Source: Octopus sinensis
Lineage: Eukaryota
DNA: 13,459 nucleotides
Direction of reading: 5' to 3'
Assembly: GCF_006345805.1 (NCBI RefSeq)
Contig: NW_021826136.1
Span: 1 to 13,459, forward strand
Shown here: positions 1 to 8,250 of the stretch, in pieces
Layout: every line of letters starts with the position of its first letter
Numbering within the stretch: position 1 is the stretch's first letter
Program-made: the position numbers and the translations under genes
Notes under the pieces: model-generated
The model's input: only the letters and a program-made list of their open reading frames with translations
Told to the model about the DNA's origin: nothing
The model's database searches: none

Positions 1-190
1 ACACACATACATACATACATATTTGTGTGTGTGTGTATGTGTACAAGCATGTAGCGATAAAGAAAGAAATATTGGTAAACAATGGGAATACTGTTTAAAT
101 TCTTCATTGGAAGTGTTGAAAATATCGGAAAAAAATGTTGGCATTTGGTAAATATTTATGTATGTGTGCGAGTTCGTGTACGTATCTTTA

Positions 191-430
191 TACGTATAAA
201 CGTGCATACACGCATACATACACACACCCGCACACACAATCAGGCACAGGTATGTATATATCGTACGCCAGGAGTGTATATGTCTATGTATATATACATA
301 TATATATATAAATATGTGTGTGCATGTGTGTGCTTATATATATATATATATACATATAGGTATATGTACTTATATATGTGTGTGTGTCTATATGTATTTA
401 TACATATATAAATATATACATATATATATT
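191..430. repeat. Compound (CA)n/(TA)n/(TG)n dinucleotide microsatellite
   Basis: Imperfect alternating purine-pyrimidine runs, read directly; a shorter run also occupies 1-45. Confidence 0.9.
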
Positions 431-460
431 AAAAGTTATCGCCCTGAAATATTTCTACAG

Positions 461-597
461 CAGTTTCCGTCTACCAAATTCAGTCACAAATCTATGGTTG
501 TCCTTGGTCATATTAGAAAACATTTGCCCAAGATAATATACAGAGGGACTGAACGTGCAATCGTGTGGTTAGAAAGTAAACTTCTCGATCATATAGT
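461..597 (-). mobile_element. Degenerate 5' (tRNA-head) fragment of SINE family A
   Basis: cagtttccgtctaccaaatt...catttgcccaag...gggactgaac...tgtggttagaaag aligns by eye to the better copy at 2443-2580. B-box-like GTTCAGTCCC on the minus strand (545-554). Confidence 0.8.
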
Positions 598-670
598 CAA
601 TCTGTTGGTTAATTCACCTCTCTCTAAGTTAGAATGTTCACTAAAAGTACCAAACAGGAAAAGTATTAAG

Positions 671-750
671 GTCGATTTGATCGACTAAACTCTTCAAGGT
701 CGAACCTAACCAATGCCACAGTACAATACGTGATAAAAGTAAGATAATAA
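671..750 (+). mobile_element. Highly degenerate SINE 3' fragment
   Basis: gtcgatttgatcgactaaa...caagg resembles gatcgattcattcgactaaa...caaggcgg at 2723-2757 and tcaatttgttcgactaaagg at 11201-11220; the tail is poorly conserved. Confidence 0.45.
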
Positions 751-778
751 ATGAATACATATGATATCTTATGTTTAA

Positions 779-1172
779 GGCGGCGAGCTGGCAGAAGGGT
801 TAACATGCAGGGCGAAATGATTAGCGGTAATTTTCTTTACGTACTTAGTTCAAATTCCGCCGAAGGCGACTTTGCCTTTCATCCTTTCGGGGTCGATTAA
901 ATAAGTACCAGTTACGCACTGGAGTCGATATAATCGACTTAATCCGTTTGTCTCTCCTTGTTTGTCCTCTCTGTTTTTAGCCCCTTATGGGTAGTAAAGA
1001 AATAGGTATTTCGTCTGCCTTTACGTTCTGAGTTCAAATTCAACCGAGGTCGACTTTGTCTTTCATCCTTTCGGGGTCAATGAATGAAGTACCAGTTGCA
1101 TACTGAGATCGATCTAATCGACTGTTCCCTACCCCATAATTTCGTGTCTTGTGCTTTGAGTAGAAAAGATTA
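779..1172 (+). mobile_element. tRNA-derived SINE family B, dimeric (head+core, then truncated head+core+tail)
   Basis: A-box-like TGGCAGAAGGG (789-799); B-box GTTCAAATTCC (848-858) and again at 1032-1041; core GACTTTG(C/T)CTTTCATCCTTTCGGGGTC...AAGTACCAGTT at 868-913 and 1052-1097; ends in GAGTAGAAAAGATTAT. Confidence 0.85.
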
Positions 1173-1249
1173 TATCTTGTTTGCTATTTTCTCTCTGATA
1201 GTTCAAACAATTAAAAAAAAATCAGTCCTACAATATACCAAGATACGTG

Positions 1250-1390
1250 CCGCCAAGGTCGACTTTGCCTTTCATCCCTTCGGGGGTTGATAAATTAAGT
1301 ACCAGTTGCGTACTGGATTCTATCTAATCGACTGCCCCACCCCGCCTCTCCCAAAATTTCGAACCATGTGCCTAGAGTAGAAAAAAATAT
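1250..1390 (+). mobile_element. 5'-truncated third copy of the SINE family B core and tail
   Basis: ccgccaaggtcgactttgcctttcatcccttcggggg...aagtaccagttgcgtactgg...gtgcctagagtagaaaaaa; colinear with 1043-1172. Confidence 0.85.
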
Positions 1391-2132
1391 ACAAACATTC
1401 GAAATTTTTCGTAACACATATTCAACAATTTACTTTTCGAAGAACGATATCATGTCTTCATTACAATGCAAAGTAGACATTTTACTTCAAGCTGAGTTGT
1501 CAATTGGCCCGCGGTTGCCATTCCTATGGAAATGGCCGTTGTGTATCATAGATAGCTACATCAATGAATATATTGGTTTTATAAAACCTGGTTTTAATTA
1601 TTAACATATCAAGTACATGGTTTTTCTTTTTGATTCAAGATATATTCCTGTCATTTCTTACACTGAATATCTGAGACCTTATAGATTATATTTTTGTATT
1701 GTTTCATAATATTTTACGTCTACCATACGAGAAGCTGTGCTTTGTGCTTCGTTTTACTGCTATCTATAAGTTACATGCATTATGTAATTTTCTATGCTGC
1801 CATTGTATGGTTATTACAAAGCGACCATTAAAAATGCATCGTTTTCTTTCAGCTATACTTTAAACTAACAGTCAATATTTACGAATCAAATATTTTTTTG
1901 TTATCAAAAGAAAACTTTTATTCATAATATTTATTTGTTATATATGTTTTATTTTATATCATCGTATTTATTGATTTGACTAGAGAAAAATGTTACATAG
2001 TGTTACATCACAGATGTCGCTCTTTTCATTTATTTAATGTCTAGCCAAAGGATCTTGACATTTTTATATTGTAATATAGAGGCATTTGCAATCAGCTACG
2101 TACAACAACTTTTAAAATAAAGTGGGTCTGTG

Positions 2133-2134
<2 letters not shown>

Positions 2135-2215
<81 letters not shown>
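2135..2215. repeat. Perfect (TC)n-(TA)n compound microsatellite
   Basis: About 40 bp of TC repeat abutting about 40 bp of TA repeat. Confidence 0.95.
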
Positions 2216-2218
<3 letters not shown>

Positions 2219-2222
2219 AAAT

Positions 2223-2593
2223 ACTCTTTTACTCTTTTACTTGTTTCAGTCATTTGACTGCGGTTATGCTAGAGCACCGACTTTAGTGGACCAAATCGAC
2301 TTCAGGACTTATTTTTTTGTAAGCCTAATACCTAAGTTACGGGGACGTAAATACACCAACATCGGTTGTCAAGCGATGATGGGGGACAAACAGACGTACA
2401 CACACACATATATATATACATATATAAACCACGGGTTTCTTTCAGTTTTCGTCTACAAAATCCACTCTGTGAGGCTTTGGTCGGGCCGAAGCTATAGTAG
2501 AAGACATTTGCCCAAGGTTCTATACAATGGGATTGAACCAGGAACCATGTGGTTGGTAAGCAAGCTGCTTACCACACAGCCACTCCTGCGCCT
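2223..2593 (-). mobile_element. Near full-length tRNA-derived SINE family A (internal CA/TA linker, LINE-like 3' tail)
   Basis: Minus strand: A-box-like TGGCTGTGTGG (2572-2582), B-box GGTTCAATCCC (2529-2539), body, internal microsatellite (2399-2426), then 3' tail ...GGTGCTCTAGCATAACCGCAGTCAAATGACTGAAACAAGTAAAAGAGTAAAAGAG. Matches the partial copies at 11065-11280 and 13190-13400. Confidence 0.9.
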
Positions 2594-2712
2594 AGCTACT
2601 TACCACACAGTTGCACATCAAAATGAGCGATTTTGAATTGATTGCTTGTATTCGATGCACAATGGCAGTCTTACACGTATTCAAGAATTTCTTTGCTCAG
2701 CGACCGATTAAA

Positions 2713-2812
2713 AAAGTACTGGGATCGATTCATTCGACTAAAATTTCATCAAGGCGGTGCCCCAGCATCACCGCAGACGAATGACTGAAACAAGTAAAGA
2801 ATAACAGATAAA
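2713..2812 (+). mobile_element. SINE 3' fragment with LINE-like tail
   Basis: aagtactgggatcgattcattcgactaaa...aaggcggtgccccagcatcaccgcag...atgactgaaacaagtaaagaataa. Confidence 0.8.
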
Positions 2813-3148
2813 GCACTTTGAAGAAAATTTAAATTTTCGGATCTGCCAGTAACATTATGTCTTTCTAAGACAGATGCATTCTTGGAAATGACCCAACGTT
2901 ATTTTCATATGATAACCATGAAGGATTTCGGAGACGGTTTTAAGTATTCTATGAAAGAAAACAATTTATGTATTTCACAAATTTTTGAATAACCAAGTAA
3001 ATATTTATGATTTTTATATTAGCTGAAAAAGATGTTTCGTTATATTAATGATAATGGAATGAGTGATATGAAGTAAGAACAAGGAAAAATAAGAAAAATA
3101 TATATATAGATATTCATAAAACGGTCATTTTTATCTGAATTAGCCGTA

Positions 3149-3459
3149 TAATAATAATAATAATGATTGTAATGAAATAATACAATGAAGAAAACAATAT
3201 CCAGAAAGACAACTTGGATATAAAAGCAAATAATAGTAATAATAATGATAATGATAATATCGATGATAATAATAATAATAATAATATAATAATAATATGA
3301 TGTTGATGATGATGATAATAATAATAATAATAATAATAATAATATGATGTTGATGATGATGATAATAATAATAATAATAATAATAATAATATAATAATAA
3401 TAAAATATAATAATAATATGATGTTGATGATGATAATAATAAAATAATAATAATAATAA

Positions 3460-3497
<38 letters not shown>

Positions 3498-3543
3498 TAA
3501 TAATAATAATAATAATAATAATAATATAATAATAATAATAATA

Positions 3544-3581
<38 letters not shown>

Positions 3582-3590
3582 TAATAATAT
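3149..3590. repeat. Long (AAT)n microsatellite with (GAT)n interruptions
   Basis: Read directly; it produces the poly-Ile/Leu/Tyr ORFs 3040-3621 and 3114-3689. Confidence 0.95.
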
Positions 3591-3697
3591 AGTCCTCTCT
3601 GACACCAGAAAAAAAACCCACAAGAAAAGAGAGAAGTGAGATAATAAGGGAATGAAAGTGTTATAAGGGGAGGCCAAGAATATTCTCATCCCGAAGT

Positions 3698-3764
3698 CTG
3701 ATGATAATGTTAATGATGATGATTACGACGACGACGATAACGACGACAATGATGATGATGATGA

Positions 3765-3795
<31 letters not shown>
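3698..3795. repeat. (GAT)n/(GAC)n trinucleotide microsatellite
   Basis: gatgatgattacgacgacgacgataacgacgacaatgatgat... Confidence 0.9.
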
Positions 3796-3894
3796 CAATC
3801 GTTTATGGGTGTATTTGTGTGTGTGTGTTGCATATCTTGCTTTTTATTTTTTTTTAATTAGATATTTGATGCATAATTTTTATCTGTCTATTCT

Positions 3895-3927
3895 TTACGT
3901 ACACATATATGTACATGTGTATATATA

Positions 3928-3972
<45 letters not shown>

Positions 3973-4247
3973 GAGGAAAGATATCTGTATGTCTGTGTGT
4001 ATGCATATACTTGTATGTGTGTGCATATGCTTATACACATATGTATATTAGCCATAAAAATAAGACACCAAAGGAGGGACGGCTTCATCACATACACAGA
4101 GGCATATGTATGTGTATGTTCTTTACTAACTGTTGTCATTTTATATACACATATATATCTGTATGTATATATGCATACCACCACACACATATATATTTAT
4201 ATATGACTGTTAGTATGTCTGTTTGTGTGTGCGTATACATATGCATA

Positions 4248-4298
<51 letters not shown>

Positions 4299-4332
4299 TA
4301 TATATATACATATATATATATATACATACATT

Positions 4333-4399
<67 letters not shown>

Positions 4400-4465
4400 A
4401 TATATATTATATATATGTATATATATATGTATGTATATATATATGTATGTATTATGTATATATAG
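3895..4465. repeat. Extended (TA)n/(TG)n/(CA)n low-complexity region
   Basis: Imperfect dinucleotide runs; source of the many Y/I/C/V-rich ORFs. Confidence 0.9.
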
Positions 4466-4529
4466 CTTACTGTTTTATTGTCTTTATTCTTCATCAATAT
4501 TTTTGCGGTGATGTTTCTATATTTCGCAG

Positions 4530-4599
4530 TGTTCATTATGTTTGCGATGTATCAACGGTTGATAGTTTGACTGACGCCATGCGATTGAAGAGTCAATGA
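4530..4599 (+). other. Possible exon after a 3' splice acceptor (unconfirmed)
   Basis: gatgtttctatatttcgcAG| at 4528-4529, followed by non-repetitive, CpG-richer sequence. One frame reads [22 protein letters not shown]; no family recognised. Confidence 0.2.
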
Positions 4600-4884
4600 A
4601 TGGGTTACAACCGCCATCACCGCATGGACAATATTTGCCATAATGGCATCAATTCTCAGTAGACCCGTCTAGAATTTCGTGTATCACGCTTGAAAGATAA
4701 AGCCGCCTTTTCAGTGAGCAAAAGAAGAGGGGGGTGGTATGCACCCAGGAGAGAAAAACTGAAGTGTTTTTATTTATATAGCGTTTAATTACTGTCTTAG
4801 CTGAGCGGTTTGTAGAAGGGCGTGGAGAGACAGTAAATGAGAGTCTGTACATACATTGTGGATGATTGGCTTACCGTCTCGGTG

Positions 4885-5480
4885 GAGAAAGAAGGGCCGG
4901 GAGAGGAGGGAAAGAATTGGAGGAAGTGAATGAGGAGAAGGAAGAAGAGAAAGAGGAGGAAGTGGGAGGTGGAGAACGAGAAGGATGAGAAGTAGGTATG
5001 GCGGGAGGAGCTGGAAAGAAAGGGGTCTGCAGCATGTAGAAAATTTTGGACGAGGATGAAGAACTAAGGGAATTCACCAGATATAGATAATGAGAGAGAG
5101 AGAGAGAGAGAGAGAGTAAGGGAAGGGAAGAGAAAGAAAAGTAATAGAGGAGAAAGAATGGTAATAGAAGAGAGAGGGAGAACGATAAGGGGGAGAGAAA
5201 GGGAGTGGTTCTAACAGTAATAGGGGGTTAAAAGGGAAAGAGATGGTGACCACCAGAAGAGTCAAATTATATCAGAGGTTTGTTTGCGATAACTTTAAAC
5301 CAAATTCAAGTCGATAATTCTAGAGACATGGAAACAAGATTGGCTAGACAGGAATAAGAATGAAAGGGAAGAAGAAAAGGGAGAAAAAATAGGGAAAGAT
5401 AAGGACAGACAGGATCGTGTGTGACGTGGCTAGAGCAAGGAAGATAAATAAAGAGAGAGAGAGAGGAGAAAGTATCACAG
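4885..5480 (+). repeat. Polypurine (GA-rich) low-complexity tract including (GA)n runs
   Basis: Plus strand is overwhelmingly A/G over about 600 bp; perfect (GA)n near 5093-5115. Confidence 0.85.
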
Positions 5481-5648
5481 ATGAGATGTTCCAATCCAAA
5501 CATAAGACGAGAGAATGAGCATACAGTTAAATTGGGAGTCGAATGAGAAAATCGGATATGAAAGACAGATGCAGGGATCTGAGAAGTAAAGTTATTCAAC
5601 GCATAAGCACGCTAAAGTACGCATAGATACGTATATAGTAGCAATAGA

Positions 5649-5690
5649 CTAGTTCCAGCTAAGGCATGCGACCATGCTAGGGCTTCGTCG
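5649..5690 (-). mobile_element. Degenerate LINE 3'-tail-only insertion
   Basis: ctagttccagctaaggcatgcgaccatgctagggc resembles the reverse complement of LINE end 10603-10643 (ctagtttcagcttatgagctgtggccatgctggggcccgcc). Confidence 0.55.
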
Positions 5691-5699
5691 TTCTGAATA

Positions 5700-5711
5700 G
5701 ATATATATATG

Positions 5712-5768
<57 letters not shown>

Positions 5769-5793
5769 GATATAGAAATAGATGGATATAATG

Positions 5794-5831
<38 letters not shown>

Positions 5832-6350
5832 ATATATATGTATATATATACACGCACGCACACAAACACACACACATATATATTTTTATATATTTTTTTC
5901 ATATAGTTTCAGCTCACAAAGCTGTGTTGGCCATGCTGAGGCACCGCCATATACATATATATGTATATATTATATATATATATAATTATATATATACGTA
6001 CATACATATATGCCAGTATATATATATGTATATATATATATATAATATATATATTACATAAATATATTATATATATATATATTTACATTACATAAATATA
6101 GCGATAGATAAATAGATAGACATATAGATAGATAGACATATATAAGATAGATGGATAGATAGATAGATTGGCAGACAGACAGATAGACAGATAGATATAC
6201 ATATACGTATACTTGTCTGTCATGTGTAATGTAACACTCACAAATACACACGCGCACACATAAGCACACACACACACACATACATATGTTCAATATACAT
6301 ATTCACATATATGTATGTGTAGGTACACGCATACACAAACGCACACGCGT
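5700..6350. repeat. (TA)n/(CA)n/(GATA)n/(GACA)n microsatellite cluster
   Basis: Read directly. Confidence 0.9.
5904..5950 (-). mobile_element. LINE 3'-tail-only insertion (~47 bp)
   Basis: tagtttcagctcacaaagctgtgttggccatgctgaggcaccgccat is a close reverse complement of atggcgggccccagcatggccacagctcataagctgaaacta (10601-10642). Confidence 0.8.
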
Positions 6351-6571
6351 TCAAATGCTAATGGGTATATGTGTGAGTATTTCATGCTTGATTGGCTGTT
6401 GTGAATAGCATGGTTTAATGAAGGGGAGACGGGTCCGACAGAGAAATTTATGGATACATCCGCTTATAGATGTACGTAAGAATACGTGTATATGTGTGCG
6501 TGTATGAATGTTGAGTGTGTGTGTGTAAATACGTATATATATGCATGTTTATATCTATACATACACACATT

Positions 6572-6764
6572 GAGAGAGAGAGAGAGAGAGAGAGAGGCAG
6601 ACAGGCAGACAGGCAGACAGGCAGACTGAGAGACAAACAGACAGACAAGCAAACAGACAAGCAGATGGACAGAGAGAGAGAGAGAAAGAGAGGCAGAGAC
6701 ACAGAGAGACACATATGTGTATATGTATATATAGAGAGGTATATGAATGCATGTATGTAACATG

Positions 6765-6795
<31 letters not shown>

Positions 6796-6926
6796 GAGAG
6801 ATAGATAGAGAGAGAGAGAGAGGGAGTTAGACAGACAGACATATGAATGTATAGATAGATAGATAGGTAGAGAGAGAGAGAGAGAGAGGGAGAGATAGTT
6901 AGACAGACAGACAGACAGATGGATGT

Positions 6927-7011
<85 letters not shown>

Positions 7012-7094
7012 TAGTTAGACAGACAGACAGATGGATGTATAGATAATTAAATAGAGAGAGAGAGAGAGAGTTAGACAGACAGACAGACGGATGT

Positions 7095-7159
<65 letters not shown>

Positions 7160-7315
7160 GAGAAAGAGAGAGAGAGAGAGATAGAGAAAGAGAGAGTTAG
7201 ACAGACAGACAGATGGATGAACTTATAGATTTATAGATAGAGAGATAGATAGATAGATAGATAGATAGTTAGATAGACAGATAGATAGATAGACAGACAG
7301 ATAGATAGATAGAAA
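6572..7315. repeat. Compound (GA)n/(GACA)n/(GATA)n satellite with a recurring higher-order unit
   Basis: Tetranucleotide runs punctuated by GTTAGA(C/T)AGAC at 6826, 6898, 7014, 7070, 7196 and 7268. Confidence 0.9.
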
Positions 7316-7897
7316 AAGAGGGTTATACTGAAAAAGAAGGCGTGAGAGAGTAGAAACGGAGCGTTATGTATAAAAGAGACGGCACGAAGCATTGCTTTCA
7401 TGCTTATATGGACACATTCAATCTTGCAGTTTATTATATACTGTTACATTTATTTGATCAGTTGTTAAAGCGACGGGCAAACAGACGACAGACGAAAGAC
7501 AGAGAAAGGGAGAGAAAGATAGAGCGCGGGAACAGAGAGAGAGAGAGAGAGAGAGAAAGTGATGTATGCAAGCAGGCACCGGAGACATCATGGAAATTGA
7601 TCCCCCACTTGTCACTAAAGATCATCTGGTCTGTTGCTCTTACCATAATTTACTAAAGCTTTCATTCTTGCGAGGACTGTGACAGGCACCACACATATTT
7701 AGACATGAATTTATATAACGCACGTATGTGTATACGTAAATTCAGTACATCGTAGGTGTGAGTTAGACATGTCCACGTATGCTAACGTATTTTTGTCTGC
7801 TGCCATTAACACTCGACGAACTTATCCAAAAGTTCTCTTCGTTTTCCAACGAAGGTTCGTATAGACACTTGCGTAATTCGCAATATATATATTCGTG

Positions 7898-7955
7898 CAT
7901 GTATGTATTGATGCATGTATGTATGTATGTATGTATGTATGTATGTATGTATGAT
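7898..7955. repeat. (ATGT)n microsatellite
   Basis: atgtatgtatgt... run, read directly. Confidence 0.9.
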
Positions 7956-8250
7956 GTATATATTCATATATACGCATGTGTGCATAAAAAAAAAAAATAT
8001 ATATATATATATATAATATATATATCTGTTCATACGTATATAAAAAAATTTTTTCGTAATAAGATAGAAAAAAAACAAGGATGTGTAGATATTAGAACAT
8101 TTATAGATAGAAGATCCTACAGCTGTTTCAAGATATTTATTATATCCCTTCTTCGGAGACGGTGTGAGAGGATGGTTAAGTAATAGTTAATTTAGATAAG
8201 ATACAAAATAGAGAGTGAGGTGGAGGAGAGAAAATAGATGTGACAGTATA

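Noticed and set aside
82-688. ORFs 82-411 and 314-688
   Set aside because: Y/I/C/V/H/T dipeptide runs from dinucleotide repeats, extended into an antisense SINE fragment.
779-1390. Repeated ~45-bp core with intervening sequence, superficially CRISPR-like; tRNA-like boxes
   Set aside because: Only three long copies with homologous flanks, eukaryotic context and no cas genes. The A/B boxes belong to SINE heads, with no tRNA cloverleaf.
1517-1536. Small hairpin GCCATTCC-TAT-GGAAATGGC
   Set aside because: Short, bulged, single occurrence; expected by chance.
3040-3689. Longest ORFs (193 and 191 aa), poly-Ile/Leu/Tyr, superficially membrane-like
   Set aside because: Direct translation of (ATT)n; stop-free only because of the repeat.
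3809-4599. Cluster of overlapping ORFs on both strands
   Set aside because: (TA)n/(TG)n artefacts.
5179-5236. Four G-runs as a possible G-quadruplex
   Set aside because: The middle loop is about 30 nt, too long for a canonical G4.
6448-6842. ERERER/RQTD and LSLSVC ORFs
   Set aside because: Translations of (GA)n/(GACA)n.
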